A stretch of 64,000 bases of DNA from an uncultured bacterium (GTDB lineage: Bacteria; SAR324; NAC60-12). Below are positions 47,702 to 58,118 of this stretch, in pieces (the first letter of the stretch is position 1; each line of letters begins with the position of its first letter). The stretch is from assembly GCA_965662235.1 (NCBI GenBank), contig CBFIGY010000002.1:128001-192000 (forward strand). The letters are read 5' to 3'. A program made the position numbers and the translations under genes. The notes below the pieces were generated by a model. The model was given only the letters and a program-made list of their open reading frames with translations, did no database searches and was not told where the DNA came from.

Positions 47702-48684
47702 GCCAACCCAATCACATCTCGGTCCGAGACCTCTCGGTTCATTTCAACTTCAAGCAGGGGTTCTTGCAGAACATCCCCCCAGTCCGGGCCGTGGACAACG
47801 TCTCACTCGACATTCCACGGGGTTCCTTCTTCGGGCTTGTTGGCGAGAGCGGCTCTGGCAAAACAACGCTGGGACGTGCCATCCTGAAAGCGGCCCCCAT
47901 CACCTCCGGATCCGTCAATTATCAGGATGATGAGGTTCACTACGACCTTGCTCAGATTGACAAGAGCCAGCTCAAGGACTACCGCAAGCGCGCGCAGTTG
48001 ATCTTTCAGGATCCCTATGCCGCACTGAGCCCACGGATGACCGTTCGGGACATCATTGCGGAACCGCTGGAAGTGATGGGGCTGACGTCCTCCCGAGAAG
48101 AAACCGATGCCCGAGTCCGGGAAATTGCCGCCAAGTGCCGCCTCAACCTAGAGCACCTTCGACGCTTTCCCCACGCCTTCTCTGGCGGACAGCGGCAGCG
48201 CATCTCGATCGCCCGGGCTTTGGTCTGCCAGCCCAAGTTTGTGGTTGCCGATGAGAGCGTCGCCGCCTTGGACGTTTCCATCCAGGCGGACATCCTCAAC
48301 CTGCTCAAGTCCCTGCAGCAGGAGCTGGACATCACGTTCCTCTTCATCAGCCACGACCTCAGCGTGGTCGCACACATCTGCGACCAGGTGGCCGTCATGT
48401 ACCTCGGCTCCATTGTGGAAACAGCGACCTCGCGGGAACTGTTTGCACAACCGCGGCACCCGTACACCAAGGCCTTGCTCTCCGCGATCCCCTCTCTTGA
48501 TCCGGATGCCCCTTCCACCCACATCAAACTGACCGGTGAGATTCCCAGTGCCAGCAACATTCCTCCGGGGTGTCGCTTTCACACACGCTGCCCCCACGCT
48601 CAGGAATCGTGCCGCCGGGACGTCCCGCAGTGGCGACCGCTTGAGGGACATCATCTCGCTTGCCACTTTGCCGACGAGCTATAA
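47698..48684 (+). CDS. OppF/DppF-like ATPase
   Basis: GESGSGKTT, FSGGQRQRI, LDVSIQA, HPYT, GCRFHTRCP. Confidence 0.92.
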   Translation: MSQPNHISVRDLSVHFNFKQGFLQNIPPVRAVDNVSLDIPRGSFFGLVGESGSGKTTLGRAILKAAPITSGSVNYQDDEVHYDLAQIDKSQLKDYRKRAQLIFQDPYAALSPRMTVRDIIAEPLEVMGLTSSREETDARVREIAAKCRLNLEHLRRFPHAFSGGQRQRISIARALVCQPKFVVADESVAALDVSIQADILNLLKSLQQELDITFLFISHDLSVVAHICDQVAVMYLGSIVETATSRELFAQPRHPYTKALLSAIPSLDPDAPSTHIKLTGEIPSASNIPPGCRFHTRCPHAQESCRRDVPQWRPLEGHHLACHFADEL

Positions 48685-48692
48685 AGATAATT

Positions 48693-48717
48693 TTTTGTGA
48701 TTTTTAAGATCACAAAA
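48693..48717. promoter_or_regulatory. AT-rich palindrome upstream of phnW (operator or terminator)
   Basis: TTTTGTGAT-N7-ATCACAAAA perfect inverted repeat. Confidence 0.5.
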
Positions 48718-48797
48718 TTGATTAACATGCACTCACCCACAGGGTGGGAGTCCGCAACAGCGGCCCCACCTTGCGCCTTCCTGACCATAAAGAAACC

Positions 48798-49922
48798 ATG
48801 TCCTTGACTCCTAGTGATCCACGACTCCTTACCCCGGGTCCGCTGACGACCTCGCATGAGACCAAAGAAGCGATGCTCCACGACTGGGGGTCACGGGATG
48901 CGACCTTCATTGAAGCCAATGCGCGTGTGCGCCGGAAGCTGCTGGAAATTGCCAACGCCCAAGACACGCACGTCTGTGTTCCGCTTCAAGGCAGCGGCAC
49001 CTTTGCTGTGGAAGCCGCCCTCGGCACCCTGATTGCGCCCACCGGCAAGGCGCTGATTCTGGTCAACGGCGCCTACGGACACCGGATGGCAAAGATGCTG
49101 GGCTACATGAAGCGAGAGTGCCTCATTCAGGAGACTCCAGAGGACACGGTTCCAGACCTAGAACGTCTTGACCAGACCCTTGCCGCCGATGCTTCTGTGA
49201 CACACGTGCTCGTGGTGCACTGCGAAACCACTTCCGGGATCCTCAACCCGGTGGAAGCCGTTGCAGAAGTCGTTGCTCGGCACCAGCGGTCGCTCATCAT
49301 TGACGCCATGAGTGCCTTTGGCGCCATTCCTCTGGACGCTCAGCAGGTCCGTTTTGATGCCGTCATGGCTTCGTCCAACAAGTGCCTTGAAGGAGTTCCG
49401 GGGATGGGGTACGCCTTGATCCGCCAAGAGGTGCTGGAGACCTGCCAAGGAAACGCCCACTCCCTCAGCCTCGACCTCTACGACCAGTGGAAGGCGATGG
49501 AGGCAACGGCTCAGTGGCGCTTCACCCCTCCAACGCACGTGCTGATTGCCTTTGACAAGGCAATGGAGCAGTTTGCTGCTGAAGGAGGAGTCAGCGGCCG
49601 CAACGCCCGCTATGCAGAAAACTGCCGGATCCTCATTGACGGCATGGCCACCCTCGGTTTTGAGCCGCTGCTTCCGGCAGAGCTGCAGGCCCCGATCATT
49701 GTTACCTTCAAGATGCCGGCAGACCCGGCGTTTGACTTCCAGACCTTCTACAATCACGTCAAGGACCGCGGCTACATCCTCTATCCCGGCAAGCTGACGG
49801 TCGCCCCGAGCTTCCGGGTGGGCTGCATCGGCCACCTGGGCGCAGACGACATGCGGGCCGCCCTGAGCGTAATGAAGGACGTCCTTCAGGAAATGGGCGT
49901 CACCAGCGGAAAACCAGCTTAA
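48798..49922 (+). CDS. phnW: 2-aminoethylphosphonate--pyruvate transaminase
   Basis: LLTPGPLTTS, DWGSRD, VHCETTSG, IDAMSAFG, SSNKCLEGVPG, QWRFTPPTH, YPGKLT; start at ATG 48798. Confidence 0.95.
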   Translation: MSLTPSDPRLLTPGPLTTSHETKEAMLHDWGSRDATFIEANARVRRKLLEIANAQDTHVCVPLQGSGTFAVEAALGTLIAPTGKALILVNGAYGHRMAKMLGYMKRECLIQETPEDTVPDLERLDQTLAADASVTHVLVVHCETTSGILNPVEAVAEVVARHQRSLIIDAMSAFGAIPLDAQQVRFDAVMASSNKCLEGVPGMGYALIRQEVLETCQGNAHSLSLDLYDQWKAMEATAQWRFTPPTHVLIAFDKAMEQFAAEGGVSGRNARYAENCRILIDGMATLGFEPLLPAELQAPIIVTFKMPADPAFDFQTFYNHVKDRGYILYPGKLTVAPSFRVGCIGHLGADDMRAALSVMKDVLQEMGVTSGKPA

Positions 49923-49933
49923 GCCAATCTCTC

Positions 49934-51172
49934 ATGAACACACCCACGTCTCTTTCCGTCAATGGACGGCAGTACGCCTGGCCCCGTCAGCCGCTGGTTG
50001 CGGTCTGCATCGATGGCTCTCAACCCGAGTACATGGAAGCCGCCCTTGCCGGAGGCCACATGCCGTTCACTCAGAAGATGCTGGAAACCGGCTCTGACCT
50101 CCGTGGCCACAGCGTAGTCCCCAGCTTCACCAATCCCAACAACCTCTCCATCGTCACGGGCGTTCCGCCAAAGGTCCATGGCATCTCCGGAAACTTTTTC
50201 CTCGACCCAGACTCAGGACAGGAGGTCATGATGAATGACCCGAAGTTCCTCCGGACCGGCACCCTCTTTCAGGCCTTTCATGACGCCGGAGCCAAGGTGG
50301 CTGTGGTGACCGCCAAGGACAAACTCCGCAGGCTTCTGGGACACGGCCTCGACTTTTCCTCCGGACGCGCCATTTGCTTTTCGTCGGAAAAAGCCGACCA
50401 GACGACTCTCGCAGAAAACGGCATCGACAACGCTCAGGCCCTTGTGGGCCGGGACATTCCCAGCGTGTACTCTGCCGAACTGTCGGAATTCATCTTTGCC
50501 GCAGGTGTGAAGCTGATGGCATCCCTGCGTCCGGACCTGATGTACCTTTCCACCACCGACTACATCCAGCACAAGCACGCTCCCGGAACGCCGGTGGCCA
50601 ATCAGTTTTATGCGATGATGGACGGGTACTGGCAGCAGCTGCATGAACAAGGTGCCGCGCTGGCCCTCACCGCCGACCACGGCATGAACGCCAAGACCAA
50701 TGACGCTGGCGCTCCTGATGTCCTCTACCTGCAGTCCCTCCTTGATGAATGGCTCGGGACCGATCAGGCGCGAGTGATCCTTCCGATCACGGACCCCTAT
50801 GTGGTTCACCACGGTGCCCTGGGGTCCTTTGCAACCGTTTACCTTCCTTCCGGAAGCGACGCTCAGGCCATGGCCCACCGCCTCGCTGAAGTCGAAGGGG
50901 TGGAAGCCGCCTACACGAATGCTCAAGGATGCGACGCCTTTGACCTGCCGAATGATCGTCTGGGCGACCTGATTGTCGTTTCCACCACCCACAAGGTGCT
51001 GGGCACCACTCCGGAGCGTCACGACCTCAGCGAGCTCAAGGAGCCGTTGCGGTCCCACGGAGGCGTCTGTGACCGGAACATTCCGCTGGTCTTCAGCCAA
51101 GCCGTTTCGGCGCCTGCGGGTGCCCTGCACAACTATGATCTGTTTGACCTTGCCCTCAACCATGCTGCCTAA
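49934..51172 (+). CDS. phnA: Phosphonoacetate hydrolase
   Basis: [49 protein letters not shown]. Confidence 0.95.
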   Translation: MNTPTSLSVNGRQYAWPRQPLVAVCIDGSQPEYMEAALAGGHMPFTQKMLETGSDLRGHSVVPSFTNPNNLSIVTGVPPKVHGISGNFFLDPDSGQEVMMNDPKFLRTGTLFQAFHDAGAKVAVVTAKDKLRRLLGHGLDFSSGRAICFSSEKADQTTLAENGIDNAQALVGRDIPSVYSAELSEFIFAAGVKLMASLRPDLMYLSTTDYIQHKHAPGTPVANQFYAMMDGYWQQLHEQGAALALTADHGMNAKTNDAGAPDVLYLQSLLDEWLGTDQARVILPITDPYVVHHGALGSFATVYLPSGSDAQAMAHRLAEVEGVEAAYTNAQGCDAFDLPNDRLGDLIVVSTTHKVLGTTPERHDLSELKEPLRSHGGVCDRNIPLVFSQAVSAPAGALHNYDLFDLALNHAA

Positions 51173-51180
51173 GACACGCC

Positions 51181-52620
51181 ATGCCTGATTTCCCCCTCCA
51201 TGAATCCATGCGCATTGGCGGCCAGAAGGTCGCTGGTGACGTCGGCACCCTCGAGGTGTTCAATCCCTACACCAACGAAGTCGTTGGCACCGTCCCCCGG
51301 GCTTCCCGGCAGCAGGTTCAAGAAGCCCTGAACCGGGCCCACCAGTTTCGGCCTAAGCTGACCCGTTACGAGCGGCAGCAGATCCTGACCAAAACCGCCC
51401 AGCTGCTGGTCAGCCGGAAGGAGGAAATCTCCGACCTGATCACCGCTGAGTCCGGACTTTCCAAGAAGGACTCGCTCTATGAAGTCGGGCGCGCCTTTGA
51501 CGTCTTCACCCTCGCCGGGCAGCTCTGCATCCTAGATGACGGAGAGATCTTTTCCTGCGACCTCACCCCGCACGGGCAGAAGCGGAAAATCTTCACCCAG
51601 CGCGATCCCCTGCTTGGGGTCATCAGCGCCATCACGCCGTTCAACCACCCGTTGAACATGGTGGCCCACAAGATTGCCCCCAGCATTGCGACCAACAACC
51701 GCATGGTCTGCAAGCCCACGGAGCTGACCCCGCTGACCGCGTTGCTGCTTGCAGACGTGCTCTATGAAGCTGGGCTGCCTCCGGAGATGTTCCAGGTCGT
51801 CACCGGGCTTCCGGAAGACATTGGGGACGAGATGATCACCAACCCGCACATCGACCTTGTGACCTTCACCGGAAGCGTCCGCGTTGGAAAGCTCATTGCC
51901 GAGCGCGCCGGCTACCGCCGGACCGTGCTGGAACTCGGAGGCAATGCCCCCCTCATCGTCATGGAGGATGCCGACCTTGACCGTGCTTCCACCCTCGCCG
52001 TCGCAGGAGCCACCAAAAACTCCGGACAGCGCTGCACCGCCGTCAAACGCATCCTCGTTGTGGAGTCGGTGGCCGATGAGTTTGCCGCGTTGGTGACCGA
52101 AAAGGCCAAGAAGCTCAAGTACGGAAATCCGATGGATCCGAATACGGACGTGGGCACCGTGATTCATGAAGAAGCCGCCACCCTCTTCCAGAACCGGGTG
52201 ACTGCAGCAGTCGAGGCCGGGGCAACCCTGCTCCACGGCAACAACCGCGAAGGCGCCGTCTTTCCACCAACCGTCGTGGATCAGGTTCCGTGGGACAGCG
52301 AACTGGTCATGGAAGAAACCTTTGGGCCGGCCATTCCCATCATCCGCGTCAAGGACATTGATGAGGCCATCCGGGTTGCCAACGGGACCGCGTTCGGCTT
52401 GTCTTCCGGGGTTTGCACCAACCGGCTCGACTACATCACCCGCTTCATTGCCGAGCTCAACCACGGCACCGTCAACATCTGGGAGGTCCCGGGCTACCGC
52501 ATTGAAATGTCTCCCTTCGGCGGCATCAAGGATTCGGGACTGGGCTACAAGGAAGGCGTCATTGAAGCCATGAAGAGCTTCACCAACGTCAAAACCTTCT
52601 CTCTGCCCTGGCAGGCCTAA
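51181..52620 (+). CDS. phnY: Phosphonoacetaldehyde dehydrogenase
   Basis: ALDH motifs (ITPFNHP, ELGGN, SGQRCT, EETFGP) plus CDLTPHG and [11 protein letters not shown]; in an operon with phnW and phnA. Confidence 0.92.
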   Translation: MPDFPLHESMRIGGQKVAGDVGTLEVFNPYTNEVVGTVPRASRQQVQEALNRAHQFRPKLTRYERQQILTKTAQLLVSRKEEISDLITAESGLSKKDSLYEVGRAFDVFTLAGQLCILDDGEIFSCDLTPHGQKRKIFTQRDPLLGVISAITPFNHPLNMVAHKIAPSIATNNRMVCKPTELTPLTALLLADVLYEAGLPPEMFQVVTGLPEDIGDEMITNPHIDLVTFTGSVRVGKLIAERAGYRRTVLELGGNAPLIVMEDADLDRASTLAVAGATKNSGQRCTAVKRILVVESVADEFAALVTEKAKKLKYGNPMDPNTDVGTVIHEEAATLFQNRVTAAVEAGATLLHGNNREGAVFPPTVVDQVPWDSELVMEETFGPAIPIIRVKDIDEAIRVANGTAFGLSSGVCTNRLDYITRFIAELNHGTVNIWEVPGYRIEMSPFGGIKDSGLGYKEGVIEAMKSFTNVKTFSLPWQA

Positions 52621-52847
52621 GGTCACCCCACCTCTCCTCTGGCGATCCGTCTTGGATCCGTTTATGATGAAGGGGCCTTGTGAAAGGCCTCAACCGCACC
52701 CACCGGGGGCCCTGCGTTCCTGCGCTTGGCACGGTCCCCCGGTGGATCACCGATCAACCTCATCCCGTCCACGTTTCATCTCACTCAAGGCTCAGTCCCT
52801 CCGATTGGGCCCGGTCACCCTCTCGTCTTTCAAGAAGCAAACGCCTT

Positions 52848-53813
52848 ATGGAAATGGAATACCGCCGCTTAGGTAAAGCTGGAGTGAAGGTTAGCGTTCT
52901 CTCCTTTGGATCCTGGGTCACCTTTGGCAACCAGCTGGCTCTCGACCAGGCCCTCGCCTGCATGGAAGCCGCTCATGATGCCGGAGTGAATTTCTTCGAC
53001 AACGCCGAGGTTTATGCGGCCGGAGAGTCCGAACGCCTCATGGGACAGGCCCTCCGGGAACTCGGCTGGGCCCGGGAGTCCTACCTCATCTCCACCAAGT
53101 TCTTCTGGGGAATTGTTCCTGGAGTCAACACCAAGAACACCCTCAACCGCAAGTACCTTTCTCAGGCCATCGACCGCTCCTTGGAGCGTCTGGACCTCGA
53201 CTTTGTGGACCTCGTTTTCTGCCACCGTCCGGACCCTGAGACGCCGATTGAGGAGACCGTGTGGACCATGTCTGAAATGGTCAGCAGCGGCAAGGCCCTG
53301 TACTGGGGCACCTCAGAGTGGTCGGCCGCCGAGATTGCTGAGGCCTATGACCTCGCCGAACGGCATCACCTCCACAAGCCGGTCATGGAGCAGCCTCAGT
53401 ACCACCTGCTGCACCGAGAGCGCGTGGAGCAGGAATACGCCCCCCTCTATGAGCAGCACCAGATGGGCACCACCATCTGGAGTCCGCTTGCTTCCGGGTT
53501 GCTGACCGGCAAGTACGCCCAAGGCATTCCGGGGGACAGCCGCGCCAACCTCCCCGGGTACGAGTGGCTCAAGGAACGGCTGACCGATCCGGAGGCCCTT
53601 GCCAAGGTGAACCGCCTGCAGGCCATTGCCGACCGCCTAGGCTGCAAGCTTTCGCAGCTGGCCATCGCCTGGTGTGCCGCCAACCCAAACGTGTCCACAG
53701 TGATCACAGGCGCCAGCCGGGTGGAGCAAATTCATGAAAACATGGAGGCGCTGGAAGTGCTGGAACAGCTCACTCCAGACCTGAAGGCGGAAATCGAAGC
53801 CGCTGTCGCCTAA
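52848..53813 (+). CDS. Aldo/keto reductase (Kv-beta-like)
   Basis: [37 protein letters not shown]; start at ATG 52848. Confidence 0.9.
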   Translation: MEMEYRRLGKAGVKVSVLSFGSWVTFGNQLALDQALACMEAAHDAGVNFFDNAEVYAAGESERLMGQALRELGWARESYLISTKFFWGIVPGVNTKNTLNRKYLSQAIDRSLERLDLDFVDLVFCHRPDPETPIEETVWTMSEMVSSGKALYWGTSEWSAAEIAEAYDLAERHHLHKPVMEQPQYHLLHRERVEQEYAPLYEQHQMGTTIWSPLASGLLTGKYAQGIPGDSRANLPGYEWLKERLTDPEALAKVNRLQAIADRLGCKLSQLAIAWCAANPNVSTVITGASRVEQIHENMEALEVLEQLTPDLKAEIEAAVA

Positions 53814-53865
53814 CCCCAAGGGCTTCGTCGGCCTGACGGAGCCGCAACCCTTGCCGTGGAAACGC

Positions 53866-54510
53866 ATGCCGCAACCTGATTGGAACACTGCTCTGCAGCA
53901 ACTGCCCCTAGTCGCTATTTTACGGGGCATCACGCCTGCTGAGATTGACGCTGTGGGGGAAGCCCTCGTCGCCTCGGGGTACTCCGTGCTCGAGGTCCCG
54001 CTCAACTCGCCGGATCCCTACACCAGCATTGCGCGACTGGTGGAACGCTTCGGAGACCAGGCCCTCGTGGGAGCCGGAACCGTGCTTCAGCCTGAAGAAG
54101 TGGAACGCGTGGCCCAGGCAGGAGGACAGCTGATCGTTTCCCCCAACCTCAACGAGTCTGTGGTTCAGGCAACCAAACGGGTTGGACTGACGTCGGTTCC
54201 AGGCGTCCTGACCCCCACTGAGGCCTTCCGGGCCCTTGATGCCGGAGCTGATGCCCTGAAGCTGTTTCCCGGAGACGCCATTTCTCCCAAGGTCTGCAAG
54301 GCCCTCAAGGCCGTGCTGCCTCAGGGAACTGAGCTGATGGTGACGGGAGGGGTCAACGCCGAAAACCTGGCCAGCTTCTTTCAGGCGGGTGCCGATGGAG
54401 TGGGGTTGGGAAACGCCCTCTATGCTCCCGGGAAGGCGGCCGAAGCCGTCCGTGCAGACGCTCTGCGGTTCCGGGAAGCCTATGAGTCTGGGGTCCTTGG
54501 AGGCCGATGA
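53866..54510 (+). CDS. dgoA: 2-dehydro-3-deoxy-6-phosphogalactonate aldolase-like (KDPG aldolase family)
   Basis: PLVAILRGITP, EVPLNSP, GAGTVL, IVSPN, TPTEAF, LKLFP. Confidence 0.8.
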   Translation: MPQPDWNTALQQLPLVAILRGITPAEIDAVGEALVASGYSVLEVPLNSPDPYTSIARLVERFGDQALVGAGTVLQPEEVERVAQAGGQLIVSPNLNESVVQATKRVGLTSVPGVLTPTEAFRALDAGADALKLFPGDAISPKVCKALKAVLPQGTELMVTGGVNAENLASFFQAGADGVGLGNALYAPGKAAEAVRADALRFREAYESGVLGGR

Positions 54511-55436
54511 AGCGACTTGTTTTCATGGGGACTCCGGAGTGGGCGTTGCCTTCGCTGGAAGCCTTGATCGCATCCGGACACCCAGTGGTGGGCGTGTGGA
54601 CCCAACCAGACCGACCCGTGGGACGCAAGCAGGTGCCCACGCCTTCTCCCGTCAAGGCCTGGGCTCAGGAACAAGGCCTGCCTGTCTGGACTCCCGAACG
54701 CGCCGGAGCTCCGGACAGTCTGGAGGCACTCCAGGAGCTGACACCCGACCTGATCCTGGTGTGCGCCTACGGACAGCTTCTGCCGCAGGCGTTGCTGGAC
54801 CTCCCGCCCTGCGGGTGCTTCAATCTGCACTTTTCGCTGCTCCCCCGGTGGCGGGGCGCCAGTCCTGTTCAAGCGGCGCTGGCTGCTGGCGATGCAGAAA
54901 CCGGGGTGTCGCTGCAGCAAATGGTTTTGAAGCTGGATGCCGGCCCATTGGTCGCCGAGCAGAGGGAGCCGATTGCGCCAGAGGATACCTCTGAAACCCT
55001 AGGAACTCGGCTGGCGACCCTAGGCGGACGCCTGGTTGCAGACACCCTCCCGGCGTTATTGAACCAGACTGCGGTGGCGGTGCCTCAGGATCCAGCGCAG
55101 GTCACCTTCTGTCGGATCATCCGCAAGGAGCAGGGGCAGGTTCTTTGGGAAGAGGACACCGCTCGTCAGGTGGAACGTCGGCTCCGTGCCTACACCCCGT
55201 GGCCCGGGTGCTTCAGCTTTGGTCCGGATGGCAAACGCCTGCAGCTGGTGGAAGTGGAAGTCACAGAGGCTCAGCGTCCTCCAGGAGAGATTGGCCCAGG
55301 GTTTGAGGTTGGAACCGCGGAAGGCGCTCTCAGGCTCCTCAAGGTTCGTCCGGAAGGAAAAGGGGAAATGGCCGCGTCGGCCTTTTTGAACGGACGCGCC
55401 GACTGGGTCGGGCAGAAGATGCAGACCCGAAGGTAG
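54507..55436 (+). CDS. fmt: Methionyl-tRNA formyltransferase
   Basis: FMGTPE, TQPDRP.GR, AYGQLL, NLHFSLLPRWRGASP, LDAG. Confidence 0.95.
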   Translation: MKRLVFMGTPEWALPSLEALIASGHPVVGVWTQPDRPVGRKQVPTPSPVKAWAQEQGLPVWTPERAGAPDSLEALQELTPDLILVCAYGQLLPQALLDLPPCGCFNLHFSLLPRWRGASPVQAALAAGDAETGVSLQQMVLKLDAGPLVAEQREPIAPEDTSETLGTRLATLGGRLVADTLPALLNQTAVAVPQDPAQVTFCRIIRKEQGQVLWEEDTARQVERRLRAYTPWPGCFSFGPDGKRLQLVEVEVTEAQRPPGEIGPGFEVGTAEGALRLLKVRPEGKGEMAASAFLNGRADWVGQKMQTRR

Positions 55437-55549
55437 GAAAGGAGCCGGGCGGTTCCGGAGGATGCTCCTGAAGCCACGCTGCCCGTTTTGTTTTGTCTGG
55501 GGCTATGCTACACTCGGCCCACTGTTGATGACCGCTTCAGGATGCCCAC

Positions 55550-56323
55550 ATGCCCACTGTGATTTCGTTTGCCAGCCAAAAGGGGGGCGTTGGCAAGACC
55601 ACGTCTGCCATCCACCTTGCTTCAGCCTTTGCCCTTGGAGGCTACCGGACCCTGCTCATTGACCTGGATCCGCAGGGGTCGGTGCACTCGGCCCTCGGCC
55701 TCAAGGAACGCCCGCACGCCGGCGTCCGGGAGCTGTTTTGCGAAGCCACCACGCCGCTAGAGGCATTGCTGGTGCCCAGTGAGCACGACAACCTTCAGTA
55801 CCTGCTCTCAAACATGGGGCAGCTGACGGAGGAACGAGAGGTGCTGCAAGCGGCCTCCGATTACTACTTCCTCATCCAGCGACTGGAGGAACTTCCGGAA
55901 GATCAGTATGACTTTGTCCTCATTGACTCCCCGGCCGCTGTCAACGCCCTGAGCATCAACGCGGTCATTGCAGCCAACCTCGTGGTTGTGCCGCTGCAAT
56001 GCGAGGCGCTGGCAATCAAGTCCCTGAAGCGCTTCCTCTCCGCCTTCCGGGAGCTGCAGACCAACGTTGAGCCCAACCTCCGCATTGCCGGAGTCCTCCT
56101 GACCATGTTCAACCGACAGATTGAGGCGCACCAGCAGGTGGCGCGGCAGGTGTATCAGGCGCTGGGAGATTCGGTGTTCCAGACGATCATTCCGGAGTGC
56201 CCGAACATTCTGGAAGCAAGTGCGCTTGGGGTGGATGTGATCCGGCAACGGCTCAACTCCGTTGGCGCCACCGGATACATTCGGTTGGCTAACGAACTGC
56301 TCGATCGCTTTCAGCTCCGTTAG
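55550..56323 (+). CDS. ParA/Soj-family ATPase (no parB adjacent)
   Basis: QKGGVGKTT, LIDLDPQG, YDFVLIDSP, VPLQCE, VLLTMF. Confidence 0.9.
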   Translation: MPTVISFASQKGGVGKTTSAIHLASAFALGGYRTLLIDLDPQGSVHSALGLKERPHAGVRELFCEATTPLEALLVPSEHDNLQYLLSNMGQLTEEREVLQAASDYYFLIQRLEELPEDQYDFVLIDSPAAVNALSINAVIAANLVVVPLQCEALAIKSLKRFLSAFRELQTNVEPNLRIAGVLLTMFNRQIEAHQQVARQVYQALGDSVFQTIIPECPNILEASALGVDVIRQRLNSVGATGYIRLANELLDRFQLR

Positions 56324-57315
56324 CGTTTCTTGCCGCGGTTCAGCTGAAAGAGCTTTCCGCGGACCTCGCCGAGCAGTTCGTGGATGGGCATGTCTGGGAA
56401 GTCTTCCCAGTCCATCATCTTGAGGATGTAGTGCTTGAGGATCGGACGCTTCAGTTCTCGCTTTTCCCAGACACGGTGAATCTCCTCGTGCTCCCTCGGA
56501 AGGGGGCGCCCGTCAATGTCGCGGCGCAGGAGGTACTTCAGTGCTGATTCCGGATACTCCTGCACAAACTTGATCATCGCCTCAATGGTGATGTTTCCAC
56601 TCCCAAAGACCACATCGGCGTCATCCGCGCTCAACTGAACCAGCCCGAAAGAATCTGCCATTTCATCCAGCGCCTCCAGGTCCTCCTCCTCCGCTTCAGC
56701 AATGGGAGCCAAATCGCCAACACTGAGTGTTTCCGGAGATGCGGTGGGACTGGCGAAGGCTTCCTCGTGCTCCTCGTCTTCCTCATCATCAAGAAGCTCC
56801 GCAGCAGTGGGAGGCTTCTTCTCCGTGGCTTCTACCGGAGCTTCGGAGGCGTCTGCTGGCTCTAGGTCAAAGCCGAGGTCAATGTCCGGACCGTCAAAAG
56901 TATCGTCTGGCGGCGCTGCGGTTTCCACTGGGGCCGAGGCTTCTGTTGGAATTTCTAAGGATTCTGCTTCCGGAGGCGCTTCAGCCGGCAAGGCTTTGGA
57001 GGAACCCTGCACCCGGTTGAACGGCGGCAGGGGATTGGAAGGCACGTAGGGCGGGTCAAGGAAGCGTCCTGCACGACGCAATTCCTCATACTCCACTGCA
57101 GGGTCCCGCGGAGTTGTGTCCGCAATGGCCGCAAGGATCTGTCCGGGGGACACCCAGCCAGCCTGATGCGGCAAGCGCCCCTTCAGGCGGGTCCGTGCGT
57201 ACTGACGGGATTCTTCTGAGAGCTTTGAGTAGGGAGATCCGGAGGAGGTTGGAAGGTACTGCTTCCAGAACTCTTCTAGCAGGGTTTCCGCCTGAAAGCT
57301 GGAAAGACCCATCAC
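56320..57315 (-). CDS. Hypothetical protein: two small domains joined by a long acidic linker
   Basis: 331 aa ORF with an ATGA overlap to the upstream FlaG-like gene. Confidence 0.7.
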   Translation of the reverse strand: MMGLSSFQAETLLEEFWKQYLPTSSGSPYSKLSEESRQYARTRLKGRLPHQAGWVSPGQILAAIADTTPRDPAVEYEELRRAGRFLDPPYVPSNPLPPFNRVQGSSKALPAEAPPEAESLEIPTEASAPVETAAPPDDTFDGPDIDLGFDLEPADASEAPVEATEKKPPTAAELLDDEEDEEHEEAFASPTASPETLSVGDLAPIAEAEEEDLEALDEMADSFGLVQLSADDADVVFGSGNITIEAMIKFVQEYPESALKYLLRRDIDGRPLPREHEEIHRVWEKRELKRPILKHYILKMMDWEDFPDMPIHELLGEVRGKLFQLNRGKKR

Positions 57316-57647
57316 GCTTTTGTCCGATAGACCATTCCCACTTCTTGGAGCATGGGACCTGTTTTGAGGATCTTTTCAGCAGGGTACTGCTGCAGAGGGC
57401 GACCTTCTTGCTGAAGCTGCACCATGATTTTCCCCGCATAGTCGATCGGGACAAATTCCATGTTGCGCGTCCGGGGATTCCGTTGCAGGCGTGCATTGGC
57501 CTGGCGGATCAGGTGATCGACGCGGATGCGCTCCAGCCGGGGGCTTTCTTCAGATTCGGGAAGGCGTTCGGCGCCCGCTGGCATCACGGCCCGTGGTTCG
57601 GTGATGACGCCTGGGGAACCGATGCTTCCCACGCCTTCGGTGTTCAT
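57312..57647 (-). CDS. FlaG-like flagellar protein
   Basis: 111 aa; MEF...GKIMVQL...QQYPAEKIL...GMVYRTKA resembles the FlaG C-terminal pattern; flagellar context. Confidence 0.55.
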   Translation of the reverse strand: MNTEGVGSIGSPGVITEPRAVMPAGAERLPESEESPRLERIRVDHLIRQANARLQRNPRTRNMEFVPIDYAGKIMVQLQQEGRPLQQYPAEKILKTGPMLQEVGMVYRTKA

Positions 57648-58118
57648 CTAGACCTTGGTGTTGCGTCGCAGGTTCATCAAACGTCCCACTCGCGACTGGT
57701 TGGGCTGAACATAATTGATGTGGCTCCGGAGGCGTCCCATTTCCTTGGAGAGGCTCTGTCGCATCTCCTGCAGGCGGGTCATGAAGGCCTCTTCTGCCTC
57801 TTGAATCTGTTGCAGCAGCGTTTCGGATAACCGGAGCTGGTGAACCTCCTCATGGTTCGGGGAACGAGGGTGGCGTGCCCCCCAGCTTTCCATAAGCTTG
57901 TCCAGCCTCCGGAGCTCGTCCATGAGCTGCTCCTTTTGGCGAAGCAGGAGCTCCAGCTCTGCTTCCACCAATTCCTGGATCGCAAGTTGTTGCTGACCAA
58001 TATCCACCCACTGGCGCAGCAGGTCGTTCTTGTGTTCCAGGATTAAGACTAAGTCTCCATCCGCCAGTTCCTCATTTGCCAATGCAGAACTCCGCGAAAA
58101 TGCGTCCCAAAAGTTCAT
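57648..58118 (-). CDS. FlgN/FliT-like helical flagellar chaperone
   Basis: All-helical Leu/Glu/Gln-rich protein with LLRQKEQLMDELRRLD; start uncertain (overlaps the mnmE end). Confidence 0.45.
   Translation of the reverse strand: MNFWDAFSRSSALANEELADGDLVLILEHKNDLLRQWVDIGQQQLAIQELVEAELELLLRQKEQLMDELRRLDKLMESWGARHPRSPNHEEVHQLRLSETLLQQIQEAEEAFMTRLQEMRQSLSKEMGRLRSHINYVQPNQSRVGRLMNLRRNTKV

Noticed and set aside
48696..48714. CRP site (TGTGA...TCACA)
   Set aside because: The spacer is 9 nt, not 6.
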